Source: Nitrospinota bacterium (GTDB lineage Bacteria > UBA8248). From it: a stretch of 44,555 nt of DNA. How positions within the stretch are numbered: position 1 is the first letter of the stretch; every line of letters begins with the position of its first letter. The stretch is from contig JAZAHK010000036.1 of the NCBI GenBank assembly GCA_036231405.1, positions 1 to 44,555 of the forward strand. Reading direction: 5' to 3'. The translations under genes were made by a program, and so were the position numbers. The notes beneath the pieces were generated by a model. The model saw nothing but the letters and a program-made list of their open reading frames with translations, ran no database searches and was not told the DNA's origin. Below are positions 20,713-30,414 of the stretch, in pieces.

Positions 20713-21030
20713 AAAAAACCTCTTTTAATAAAATCCCTAATTCTAAAATCTGAATGGAAACGTTAAAAGACTAATCAAGTATACAGAATAATACAACACA
20801 AATAAGGAACACATATAAATTGTAAAAAATGCTCCTTATCTATAATAAAACAAAAAAATTCTCTTGTGGTGATCATCAATAAAGTAGATAATGCGATCAC
20901 ATCGATTATAGGTTTTCGATTTTACTTTCCGCCTCTGAGTTTATCTTTGATAGTTTTTCAGTTTCAGAAATGAGTTTTATTTTTAACTTCCTTAAAACTA
21001 TCAAAACCACAAGATTAATTTGGAGAAATT

Positions 21031-21654
21031 ATGGAAGTTACACTTGTTGATCATATGGGCAGTGACTTAAGTGTCGTCAATGCAGCCCGTGTTTCATTTG
21101 CAAAATCACACGAAGAATTTAAAGAAAAAGCAGACACAAAACTTATTTATTATTTGGCGAAACACAATCATTGGAGCCCCTTTGGTCATGCATCAATGCA
21201 ATTTCATATAAAAGCACCTATTTTTGTCGCAAGACAACTGGTGAAACATCAAGTTGGACTTGTTTGGAATGAAGTTTCAAGACGTTATGTTGACGATGAA
21301 CCTGATTTTTACAATCCTATAAAATGGAGACTTTCAGCAGAGAATAAAAAACAAGGTTCCTCCGAAGAAGAGATAGAATTTGATGTTTCTTCTGTAGTAG
21401 AAACTTGCAAAAAAACTTATGAAGAGATGCTGGAAAAAGACATCGCTCCTGAAATGGCAAGGATGATTCTTCCTCAATCGATGATGACCGAGTGGTATTG
21501 GAGCGGAACGCTTTATGCTTTTGCTAGAGTATGTAACTTGCGCTGCAAACCAGATGCACAGAAAGAAACTCAAATAATTGCTGATAAAATTGATGAACAA
21601 AGTGCACAATTATTTCCAGTTAGTTGGAAAGCATTGAGGGAAGATAAAGTGTAA
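21031..21654 (+). CDS. thyX: FAD-dependent thymidylate synthase
   Basis: GSDLSVVNAARVSF, HWSPF, PIFVARQLVKHQ..WNEVSRRY, APEMARMILP, LR...AQ.E. Confidence 0.95.
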   Translation: MEVTLVDHMGSDLSVVNAARVSFAKSHEEFKEKADTKLIYYLAKHNHWSPFGHASMQFHIKAPIFVARQLVKHQVGLVWNEVSRRYVDDEPDFYNPIKWRLSAENKKQGSSEEEIEFDVSSVVETCKKTYEEMLEKDIAPEMARMILPQSMMTEWYWSGTLYAFARVCNLRCKPDAQKETQIIADKIDEQSAQLFPVSWKALREDKV

Positions 21655-21690
21655 ATTTTAAGAAATTACGTCTATTTAGAGATTAGAATT

Positions 21691-22626
21691 TTATGCATTT
21701 AAACGTTCTGGTAAGGGGAAAAAAACCTTTTCTTTTTGATCCCCTAAAACTTCCAATGACAAATCAAATTCAACCTCCAAAGTTTGAATTAATTCTTTAA
21801 CCAATACTTCAGGGGCTGACGCACCTGCACTAATACCAATAGATTTCACATTTTTAAACCAGTCTAATTTTAAGGATTTTTTGTTCTCAACAAGATAACT
21901 AGGAACATCTATTGCTTCACCAATCTCACAAAGTCTATTAGAATTTGAACTATTCCTTGAGCCAACAACCAAGATTAAATCAACTTTTTCCGCAATTTCA
22001 CGAATGGCAGTTTGTCTATTTTGAGTCGCATAACAGATATCTTTTAGATTTGGACCTTTTATATCGGGAAATCGAGATTTTAAGATTTCAACTATTTCAC
22101 TAGTGTCATCAATACTAAGAGTGGTCTGAGTAATATACGAAATTTTTTTAGGATCGATCGGTTGAAAATTTAAAGCATCATCAATGCTGGAGATTAATTT
22201 TACATTCCCAGGGACCTGCCCCATTGTCCCAACCACTTCAGGATGATTCTTGTGACCAATTAAAACAACCTCCATGCCATTTTCGTAATACCTTCTCCCT
22301 TCTTCATGCACCTTTTCAACTAAAGGACAGGTAGCGTCAACTACATCTAACCCAAGTAGTTCAGCCTGACCAAATACTTTTTTTGCAACACCATGCGCAC
22401 TAAAAATAGTAATAGCACCCTCAGGAACTTCATCTAATTCAGTTACGAATTTAGCCCCTTTTTTTCTCAAAGATTCAACCACATATTTGTTATGAACTAT
22501 CTCATGACGAACATAGATAGGTGGTCCATACTTCTCTAGCGAACGATTTACCACATCAATAGCGCGAACCACACCCGCACAAAAACCGCGAGGATTAGCT
22601 AATAAAACCTTCAGTTTTTTTTTCAT
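21691..22626 (-). CDS. ispH: 4-hydroxy-3-methylbut-2-enyl diphosphate reductase
   Basis: PRGFCAGV, HEIVHN, SAHG, DATCPLV, HPEV, QTTLS, ICYATQNRQ, SSNS, AGASAP. Confidence 0.97.
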   Translation of the reverse strand: MKKKLKVLLANPRGFCAGVVRAIDVVNRSLEKYGPPIYVRHEIVHNKYVVESLRKKGAKFVTELDEVPEGAITIFSAHGVAKKVFGQAELLGLDVVDATCPLVEKVHEEGRRYYENGMEVVLIGHKNHPEVVGTMGQVPGNVKLISSIDDALNFQPIDPKKISYITQTTLSIDDTSEIVEILKSRFPDIKGPNLKDICYATQNRQTAIREIAEKVDLILVVGSRNSSNSNRLCEIGEAIDVPSYLVENKKSLKLDWFKNVKSIGISAGASAPEVLVKELIQTLEVEFDLSLEVLGDQKEKVFFPLPERLNA

Positions 22627-22713
22627 TTTTATCACCAATAACCACTAGTAAAAACTCACTTCTACTCATTAAAAAATACAAAACTAAAGTATTTGGTTGT
22701 AATGGATAAATTT

Positions 22714-23499
22714 TTATTTAGATTTTTTTTCTAAGTTTTTATTTTCGTTCAGAATCACACTTTTACGTCTTTGTGAATAAACACTTTTTATAAGAGAATA
22801 ATAATCCAACGAATCTCTTTTTAAATCGGATAAAGTGTCCATGATACGAGAATGTCCGTCAATAATTTTTGTGCCCTTGAGGGCATAGTTGATTTCCTCC
22901 GCCTCACTAACATAAGTCATTGGATTTAGAAAAATATCTGTTACACGTCCGACTGTATGTCTCATGGAAGAGGGTCCAATTAATGGGAGAACTATATAAG
23001 GACCTTGACCAACACCTTGTACCGCCAAAGTTTGACCAAAATCTTCATGATGATATTTATAATCTAATTGATCTGCAACATCGAATAGGCCAAGCAAACC
23101 CGCAGTGGTATTAATCAAAAAACGCATTGAAGTATCTCTTGCTCTAAGGTGTTCCCCTTGTAAAATATCGTTTGTTAATGTAACTGGAGCCTCAAGGTTA
23201 CGAAGGAAGTTACGAACTGAGTTGCGAATTACATCAGGAAAAATTGAAGAATATATACTGCTCACAGGAGTCAAAACAACCACTTCTACTACATTATTAA
23301 ACTCAAATATAAAACGATTCAAGGGCTCAATAGGATCAGAAATTTCATTAGAAAAATTAGCCGTTTTATTACTAGAACCCACTTTAGAAGCGCAGCCAGA
23401 ATTTACGAAGCTTATTAAAATAATAATAAAACTCAAAACAAAAATATTACAAAAACTTAACAATTTTTCTTTAATCAACGGAATTTCCTTAAGGGGCAT
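22714..23499 (-). CDS. mlaA: VacJ/MlaA family lipoprotein
   Basis: NSG-C lipobox, DPIEPLNR..F.FN, RFLINTT.GL.GLFD, EDFGQTL, GPYIVLP..GPS. Confidence 0.93.
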   Translation of the reverse strand: MPLKEIPLIKEKLLSFCNIFVLSFIIILISFVNSGCASKVGSSNKTANFSNEISDPIEPLNRFIFEFNNVVEVVVLTPVSSIYSSIFPDVIRNSVRNFLRNLEAPVTLTNDILQGEHLRARDTSMRFLINTTAGLLGLFDVADQLDYKYHHEDFGQTLAVQGVGQGPYIVLPLIGPSSMRHTVGRVTDIFLNPMTYVSEAEEINYALKGTKIIDGHSRIMDTLSDLKRDSLDYYSLIKSVYSQRRKSVILNENKNLEKKSK

Positions 23500-23791
23500 A
23501 AGCTCGTAACAAAAAAAAAGTAAATCGGTTTATTATGCATTTTGCAAGCAAAAAAAGAAACAAAGAGTTACTTCTAAGTAAGAAAAACATTATAAACAAA
23601 TAACCGCAAGTAACAAAATTGCAAATAAAAAAAATTAAGACTTTTAGGCAGTTCATTTCAAGACACATTAGATCTAATGATGAAAGGGCTTCCTACTAAA
23701 CTATTTTCATCGCTCTCACCGAATTGTATTCTATCTTCTTTGTAATTTTATTATAATGTTCTACAACGTAAAAATTTTATAGGAGTAATTT

Positions 23792-24271
23792 ATGTCTTTT
23801 CCATTAAGAAGGGTAGTAACTGGACACGACGAAAAAGGAAAAGCTGTCGTGTTGATAGACGAAATTATGAATGATCCCCGTTCAATGAGACCAAACCATC
23901 AAGGACATGGTATTTGGGCAACTGATGATTATCCAGCAAACCTAAATACCAATTCAGATGGGAAAAAATTAGAACCAGGTCCTCCTGGTGACTGTAGTTC
24001 AAAATTTAGGATCACTGAATATGGTCCAGGCGTAACAGCAAGAATGCATCGAACTCAGTCGATCGATTATGTGATCATCATGAAAGGTGAAATAGATATG
24101 GAACTAGACGACGGAGTTGTGGTTCATCTGAAAGAAGGAGATGTATGTGTTCAAAGAGGAACGATTCATAACTGGAAAAATAATGGAACCAACCCTTGCA
24201 TGGTTGCATTCATTCTTCTACCCGCTCAACCAATAGAGACTCACGGAAAAAAACTTGAATCCACCGGTTAA
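23792..24271 (+). CDS. Cupin domain protein
   Basis: RRVVTGHD..GK, MHRTQSIDY..GE, GD..VQRGTIHNW.N. Confidence 0.9.
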   Translation: MSFPLRRVVTGHDEKGKAVVLIDEIMNDPRSMRPNHQGHGIWATDDYPANLNTNSDGKKLEPGPPGDCSSKFRITEYGPGVTARMHRTQSIDYVIIMKGEIDMELDDGVVVHLKEGDVCVQRGTIHNWKNNGTNPCMVAFILLPAQPIETHGKKLESTG

Positions 24272-24304
24272 TAAATTTTATATTTTCTTGAAAAGGAATA
24301 GATT

Positions 24305-25141
24305 ATGACAGTGGCTAAAGTACGTGGAATAAATCAACATTACGAAATTTTAGGGGACACGGGGCCTTGGGTTGCGTTATCTCCAGGTGGCAGGACACCC
24401 ATGGAGCAAATTCGTGATATGGCAATACAATTATCAAAAAAAGGTTACCGTGTCCTGATATTTGATCGAAGAAATTGCGGTAAAACTGATATAGGAATAA
24501 CGGGCGGAGACGCTGAATACACTGAGTGGGCAGATGATCTTTTCGAACTAACTAAACAACTTAATGCACAACCTTGTATAGTTGGTGGAGCATCTTCCGG
24601 ATGTAGAACCTCCGTTTCTTTTGCAATACGATATCCAAAAGCAGTTACTGGCCTTCTGTTATGGAAAATGTCTGCAGGACCATATGCAACTTTAAACTTA
24701 GGAGTTCGATATTATTCTGAATATATTAAAATTGCAGGTTTACAAGGAATGGAAGGTATTTGCAAAACTGATTTTTTTGCGGAAAGAATTTCTGCAAATC
24801 CCAGAAATAAAGATATCTTAATGAGCATGGATACAAAGAAATTCGTCGAGATCATGACCCGTTGGATGGTAACATTTATCTCCTGTTCTAACCTACCACT
24901 CATAGGAGCAACTGAAGATCAACTAAAAGATATTAGTGTTCCTACACTTCTTTTTTGCGGAAATGATAGACACCACAGCAGAGAAGCTTCTATTAGCACA
25001 CATAAATTGATTCCCGAAAGTGAACTAGTAGATCTTGGAATGCCCGTTTTAGATATAGATGCACTTTCTGCAGAGGAATACAGTAAATACACTCCCGAGA
25101 TGGTTGAAAAATTTGATGAATTCATAAAAAGAAGAATTTAA
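24305..25141 (+). CDS. Alpha/beta fold hydrolase
   Basis: SPGG, FDRRNCG, GGASSG elbow, VPTL..GND. Confidence 0.82.
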   Translation: MTVAKVRGINQHYEILGDTGPWVALSPGGRTPMEQIRDMAIQLSKKGYRVLIFDRRNCGKTDIGITGGDAEYTEWADDLFELTKQLNAQPCIVGGASSGCRTSVSFAIRYPKAVTGLLLWKMSAGPYATLNLGVRYYSEYIKIAGLQGMEGICKTDFFAERISANPRNKDILMSMDTKKFVEIMTRWMVTFISCSNLPLIGATEDQLKDISVPTLLFCGNDRHHSREASISTHKLIPESELVDLGMPVLDIDALSAEEYSKYTPEMVEKFDEFIKRRI

Positions 25142-25218
<77 letters not shown>

Positions 25219-25331
25219 ACTTAATTTCATAAATGTAATTTCCCACTACGCAATGAACATATCAAAAGAAATGAATAAAAAAAACCATATGAAGCAGAAA
25301 TTGAAAAAGGAAATTAATTGTTAATTTTAAA

Positions 25332-26153
25332 TTATGTTTTGACTCGCATTAAATCTTCTCCGGCAATTATTTTACCGTGATAATACTTGGAAATTTCTTC
25401 AATAGCCTCTTTATTTGATGTGATGGGTGGAATAAGGTGAGAAAAAACTAAGACACTTACTCCTGCTTCCTTAGCAACTACAGAAATTTCCTCCGCTGTA
25501 GCATGATGACCAATGACTAATTCTGTAAATGAGTTCCTAATTCCATATTTGTCATACATATTTGGAACACAAAAATGTGCAAGCAAAATATTAGCATCTT
25601 GAGATAAACGAGTAAGATCTTCTGTTGGGTGACCATCACTAGCAATAACTATTGAATGTTGCTTAGAATCAAATCGATATGAAAGAATTTCATCAACATT
25701 TCCGTGAATTGTCCCTTTTTCAACACTTACGGTCATGCTATCAATCTTAAATGTATCACCAGGAAGAAGAATTTTTACCTCTATCTCAGTTCCCGCCCTT
25801 GTATGCGTACCCTCTCGAACACGAAGATCAATATCATACTCATAGTAACCAAGCATTTTTGAAACAATATTCTTCACTGGGGGAGGACCCCATACTTGGA
25901 GGGGTTTTTTTGCGCCGGTAAGCCATCGAGATATAAAAAAATCTCCAAAACCTGAATAATGATCTGAATGAAAGTGTGTAAAAAAAAGCTGATCTATTTT
26001 CGCTAATTTAAAACCTGTTCTAACAATTTGTTGTGAAACATTCCTTGCAGCATCTACAAGATAAAGCTTTTCGTTAAGGAAAATACCATTTGCTGGACCG
26101 CTCTTATCTTTATGGGGAGGAGGTGCGCCAGTTCCAAAAAGAATGAGTTCCAT
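25332..26153 (-). CDS. MBL-fold metallohydrolase (RNase Z / AtsA-like)
   Basis: LFGTG.P, LVDA, THFHSDH, SD, HH, FSHL, GEDL. Confidence 0.88.
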   Translation of the reverse strand: MELILFGTGAPPPHKDKSGPANGIFLNEKLYLVDAARNVSQQIVRTGFKLAKIDQLFFTHFHSDHYSGFGDFFISRWLTGAKKPLQVWGPPPVKNIVSKMLGYYEYDIDLRVREGTHTRAGTEIEVKILLPGDTFKIDSMTVSVEKGTIHGNVDEILSYRFDSKQHSIVIASDGHPTEDLTRLSQDANILLAHFCVPNMYDKYGIRNSFTELVIGHHATAEEISVVAKEAGVSVLVFSHLIPPITSNKEAIEEISKYYHGKIIAGEDLMRVKT

Positions 26154-26176
26154 TTTCTGTCCTTTAAAAAATTTTG

Positions 26177-26770
26177 CTAATCTAGATAATTATGAGTTTT
26201 CGGCAGAGGTACTTTGTTTGGATCATACCCATCCCTTACAATTCTTTCCTCATGCCAATTTTTATCGACTTCTCCATTTTTTCCAATTCTCATCATATCG
26301 CACATAATTTCAACAACATTTCCATCAGGATCTTCTATATAAATAGATCGATTCTCCCCTGGAGTACCATCCCCTTCTGGATGAGTTGCACTATGTAGTG
26401 TAGGACCTCGAATGATTTTGATTTCAGACAACGAATGAAGATATTTCACCCACTCATCAAATATGCCTTTATTTGCAACTTCAAAAGCGAAATGCATAAG
26501 ACCATACTCATCATTGTCTTGACTATGACTTTTTGGAAGATCTACAGAATCATCTTTAGGACGAAATTCAAAAAGATTAATTGTATGGTGCTTATTAGTA
26601 CAAGAGATATGGCGGTTAGACCTTCCGGTCCATGGTACAATTTTTCTTCCATCATTAATTTGGAATCCCAACAAATCAATATAAAAATGTAGGGACTTGT
26701 CTAAATCTCTAACTTTCATTGCGAGATGATCAAGACCTTTTAATTTGGGCGGCAAAAGATATCCCTCCAT
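26177..26770 (-). CDS. VOC family protein (glyoxalase / extradiol dioxygenase-like)
   Basis: LDHLAMKVRDL..S..FY..LLG, HFAFEV, SIYIEDPDGNVVEI. Confidence 0.85.
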   Translation of the reverse strand: MEGYLLPPKLKGLDHLAMKVRDLDKSLHFYIDLLGFQINDGRKIVPWTGRSNRHISCTNKHHTINLFEFRPKDDSVDLPKSHSQDNDEYGLMHFAFEVANKGIFDEWVKYLHSLSEIKIIRGPTLHSATHPEGDGTPGENRSIYIEDPDGNVVEIMCDMMRIGKNGEVDKNWHEERIVRDGYDPNKVPLPKTHNYLD

Positions 26771-26938
26771 ATTTAATAATTAACATCTTCTTAAAAGAAA
26801 CATTAATATTAACAAATAATAGTTCTATTAAACTACTAGCAATTTTCAAAAAACAGTTCGTTAAACATAACCAAAAAATTAGAGTCCCCTTATAAAACAA
26901 TTCACTGGATTTTATTCACCGTTTTTGCTTAAATGTAG

Positions 26939-26958
26939 TTGACATTATATACAGTCAA
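26939..26958. promoter_or_regulatory. Inverted repeat TTGAC-N10-GTCAA overlapping a perfect -35 TTGACA upstream of the TAXI gene
   Basis: TTGAC attatataca GTCAA seen directly in the divergent VOC/TAXI intergenic region. Confidence 0.35.
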
Positions 26959-26989
26959 ACTTATTCAACTTCTAACAAGGAGATTCGTT

Positions 26990-27955
26990 ATGCGAAATAT
27001 ATGGAAACTCGTCCTTTCGTTAGCACTCGTGATTGTTTTTGCCGGGACCTCTGTCCCTGCTCACGGTGCAAAATTCTTGGTAATTGGCGGTGGTTCGACC
27101 ACAGGAGTATATTATCAAGTTGCTTTAAACGTGTGTAAGATTGTAAACCAAAAGCTTAAAGGAGCAGGATACAACTGTATCGGCCGTCCAGCTTTAGGTT
27201 CTGTTTTTAACATCAATGCTATCAAGCGTGGGCTGCTGAATTTTGGTGTTGCTCAGTCAGATAGAAACTGGCAGGCATATAATGGCTCCGCAAACTGGAA
27301 AGGAAAAGCATATAAAGGACTTCGAAGTGTTTTTAGTGCACACCCTGAAACCATCATGCTCGTTGCGAGAGCAAGTTCTGGAATTAAAAAAGTTGCTGAT
27401 CTTCGAGGTCGTCGTGTCAATATTGGGAACCCAGGTTCAGGACAGAGAGGAAATGCTAAAGATATCTTAAGAATTTACGGCATTGACCGAAACAAAGATA
27501 TAAAAGCTCAGGGTCTACAGCAAAACGAAGCAAACAGAGCACTAGTAGACAAAAAAATTGATGCATTCTTTTACACAGTAGGAAATCCATGGGGTGGCGG
27601 TCTTGAAATTTCTAACAGTACAGGTATTAGAATTATCCCCGTGAATTCTGCCGGAATTCAAAAGTTAGTTGCTTCAAAACCATACTATGTAATGACAACA
27701 ATTCCTGGTGGTATTTACAAAGGAGTATCCAAATCTGTCCCTACTTACGCAGTTAAGGCAACTTTTGTAACTGGAAATAAAGAGCCAAACGACGTTGTAT
27801 ACAATGTAGTAAAAACCATTTTTGATAACTTAAGTAGCTTTCGAGCAACACATGCTGCATTTAAATATCTAAAACCAAAAGATATGCTCGGAGGACTTTC
27901 TGCACCATTGCATCCTGGTGCACTTCGTTATTATAAAGAAAAGGGTTTGAAGTAG
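26990..27955 (+). CDS. TAXI-family TRAP transporter solute-binding protein
   Basis: Signal peptide, GGGSTTGVYY, GSVFN, AQSD, HPE, GNPGSG, PLHPGA.RYYKE; AAGGAG RBS before ATG 26990. Confidence 0.94.
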   Translation: MRNIWKLVLSLALVIVFAGTSVPAHGAKFLVIGGGSTTGVYYQVALNVCKIVNQKLKGAGYNCIGRPALGSVFNINAIKRGLLNFGVAQSDRNWQAYNGSANWKGKAYKGLRSVFSAHPETIMLVARASSGIKKVADLRGRRVNIGNPGSGQRGNAKDILRIYGIDRNKDIKAQGLQQNEANRALVDKKIDAFFYTVGNPWGGGLEISNSTGIRIIPVNSAGIQKLVASKPYYVMTTIPGGIYKGVSKSVPTYAVKATFVTGNKEPNDVVYNVVKTIFDNLSSFRATHAAFKYLKPKDMLGGLSAPLHPGALRYYKEKGLK

Positions 27956-27981
27956 TATTTCTCTTTCATATTTTCTAATAG

Positions 27982-28019
27982 GGCGGGATGATTTTCTTAT
28001 CATCCCGCCTAAATTTTTT
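27982..28019 (+). terminator. Stem-loop after the TAXI binding-protein gene
   Basis: GGCGGGATGAT, loop TTTCTT, ATCATCCCGCC (11 bp perfect), then TAAATTTTTT. Confidence 0.72.
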
Positions 28020-28097
28020 ACATTCAATTGGAGAGATGATTAAGATAATCTCCGTAGGGTTTTCTATGACAATTATCTCATTTCATCTGTAAACAAA

Positions 28098-30224
28098 TTG
28101 AGCCAAAATGGAGAACAAACCGCCCTTAAAACAGACATGGGAACAAGACGGGTATGGTTTATTTCTTTACTCGCACTTTTCTGGTCCTTTTTTCAATTAT
28201 ATGTTGCTTATAGCCCTATAGATGCTATTAAAGCAAGAAATGTTCATCTTGCTTTCGCGATAGTAATGGTTTTCTTTTCCTTTCCTAAAAGTAAAAAATC
28301 GCCTTTTTCAGTACTGAAAGCAATTCCCTGGTATGACTACACCCTTGCTTTTTTAGGTTTTTGCGGAGCGCTATATGTTACCTGGGATTATCAAGGAGTT
28401 TTTGTAGAACGGGCAGGTCTTCCTAATAATTTGGATATGCTAGTAGGTTCGATATTTATCGTCATACTCTTAGAGGCTGCCAGAAGAGCCATAGGTCCTG
28501 CACTCCCTCTCTTGGCAATTATATTCATAGTTTATATTTTTAACGGAACATTTTTACCTAGATATCTTGCTCATGATGGAGCACTTGATCTGCGCTCTTT
28601 GGAACGTGCTGTTGGTCATATGTTTATGAGTTCAGACGGAGTCTGGGGTGTCCCGCTTTGGGTTTCTACTAGTTATGTTTTCCTTTTTGTACTCTTTGGT
28701 TCATTACTTGAAAAAGCTGGTGCTGCAAATTATTTTGTTCAGGTTGCCTTTGCCGCACTTGGCCGCTTTCGTGGAGGTCCTGCAAAAGCAGCAGTCGTAG
28801 CATCTGGTATGACGGGACTGGTGTCCGGGTCCTCGATTGCAAATGTTGCAACCACTGGAACTTTTACAATTCCTTTAATGAAAAAGGTTGGATTGCCTTC
28901 TTTTAAAGCAGGTGCAATAGAAGTTGCCGCAAGTACAAACGGTCAACTTATGCCTCCAGTAATGGGTGCAGCTGCATTTATAATGGCTGAATTTCTGGGA
29001 TTAACCTATTTAGATATTGTTCGTGCTGCTATTCTTCCTGCTTTGTTATCCTACGTTGCTCTATTTTATGTGGTTCATTTAGAAGCGATAAAACTTAATA
29101 TCAAACCTCTTAAAACCTCTGAGATTCCCCCTTTTTGGAAAACTTTCTTTTCCGGAATCCATTACCTTATTCCATTATTCATGTTGATCTATACTCTAGC
29201 GGTATTACGTATGTCGGCTGTAGAGTCTGCCTTTCGTGCAGTAATTCTGACAATAGTTATGATTATAGTCCAAGGACCTATTAAAAGCATTTTTCGTGAA
29301 GTGCATAAGATGAAAGGTGAGTCAAAAGTTGAAAAATTTTCTAAACTATCCCAAGACAATATTTCTCAAAACACAATTAATAGAATTAGCAAATCTGCAA
29401 TTGCCGGTTTGGCAATTAGTTTAGAAGAAACTATCCAAGGTTTGATCGCAGGTGCTAAAAATATGATGGGAATTGGGGTCGCAACAGCTGCAGCGGGAAT
29501 TATTGTAGGAACTGTTACTCTCACTGGGTTAAGTGGACGATTTATAGAATTAATTGAGATCATTTCATTAGGCAACGTTGTTCTTATGCTTCTACTCACT
29601 GCACTTTGTAGCCTTGTGCTAGGGATGGGTCTACCAACAACCGCAAACTATATAGTAATGGCTACTTTGACTGCTCCTGTTATTGTTGCATTAGGAGGAA
29701 AATCAGGCCTTGTCGTTCCAATGTTAGCAGCACATCTATTTGTTTTTTACTTTGGAATACTCGCCGACGATACTCCTCCGGTAGGACTCGCCGCTTTTGC
29801 AGCATCGGCTATTGCCAAATCCGATCCTATCCAGACCGGTATTCAAGGGTTTGTGTATGATTTAAGAACTGCGATTCTTCCTTTTGTCTTCATTTTCAAT
29901 CTTGAGATACTTATGATCGGAGGGTTAACAGAAGATGGAAACATTATTTGGATCAATGACATATTCAAGATTGGGTGGATATGCTTTTCTGGTCTTATTG
30001 CTATGTTTGCATTTGCTTCTGCCCTACAAGGTTTTTTCGTAGACAAGTGTAATATTTTAGAGAGGGGTTTTCTTATTTTAATCTGTCTTGCATCATTTCG
30101 CCCTTCAATATTCACAGATCTTTCTGGCGTCCCTAGAATGTTTGTTCAGTTTGTCGCCATTTTCCTATTCACGGTCCTATATATGATACAAAAAAAAAGA
30201 CGAGTTTCACAGAATGCTTACTGA
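28098..30224 (+). CDS. TRAP transporter fused 4TM/12TM permease (TAXI type)
   Basis: LEAARR, GRFRGGPAK, GSSIANV.TTG.FTIPLMK, QLMPPVMGAAAF, GMGLPTTANY, DDTPPV. Confidence 0.95.
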   Translation: MSQNGEQTALKTDMGTRRVWFISLLALFWSFFQLYVAYSPIDAIKARNVHLAFAIVMVFFSFPKSKKSPFSVLKAIPWYDYTLAFLGFCGALYVTWDYQGVFVERAGLPNNLDMLVGSIFIVILLEAARRAIGPALPLLAIIFIVYIFNGTFLPRYLAHDGALDLRSLERAVGHMFMSSDGVWGVPLWVSTSYVFLFVLFGSLLEKAGAANYFVQVAFAALGRFRGGPAKAAVVASGMTGLVSGSSIANVATTGTFTIPLMKKVGLPSFKAGAIEVAASTNGQLMPPVMGAAAFIMAEFLGLTYLDIVRAAILPALLSYVALFYVVHLEAIKLNIKPLKTSEIPPFWKTFFSGIHYLIPLFMLIYTLAVLRMSAVESAFRAVILTIVMIIVQGPIKSIFREVHKMKGESKVEKFSKLSQDNISQNTINRISKSAIAGLAISLEETIQGLIAGAKNMMGIGVATAAAGIIVGTVTLTGLSGRFIELIEIISLGNVVLMLLLTALCSLVLGMGLPTTANYIVMATLTAPVIVALGGKSGLVVPMLAAHLFVFYFGILADDTPPVGLAAFAASAIAKSDPIQTGIQGFVYDLRTAILPFVFIFNLEILMIGGLTEDGNIIWINDIFKIGWICFSGLIAMFAFASALQGFFVDKCNILERGFLILICLASFRPSIFTDLSGVPRMFVQFVAIFLFTVLYMIQKKRRVSQNAY

Positions 30225-30414
30225 ATAAAGTCTCTCTCTTAAATCTTGGATTGCTGATTTTTATTTCCTATATTACAAAATAGAAAATGAAATTTTAAAA
30301 ATAAATCATGATCAAGTGATTTTTTCGTGTGAAGGTTTAATTTTTTATAACATTCATGATATACATTATTCAGAAAAACAGACGAATTTCACAGTTTACT
30401 AAGAGGTTTTTAAA

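Noticed and set aside
20861-20901. GTGATC...GATCAC inverted repeat between the MFP gene and thyX
   Set aside because: Only 6 bp with a 20-nt spacer; could be chance and matches no operator I recognise.
26939-26958. FNR box
   Set aside because: FNR is TTGAT-N4-ATCAA; the half-sites and spacing here differ. Kept only as a generic palindrome.
28036-28092. 18-codon ORF before the TRAP permease (leader peptide?)
   Set aside because: The GGAG is too close to the ATG, and there is no regulatory codon run or attenuator downstream.
30303-30322. AAATCA-N8-TGATTT palindrome upstream of the crotonase
   Set aside because: Short and AT-rich; expected by chance at this composition.
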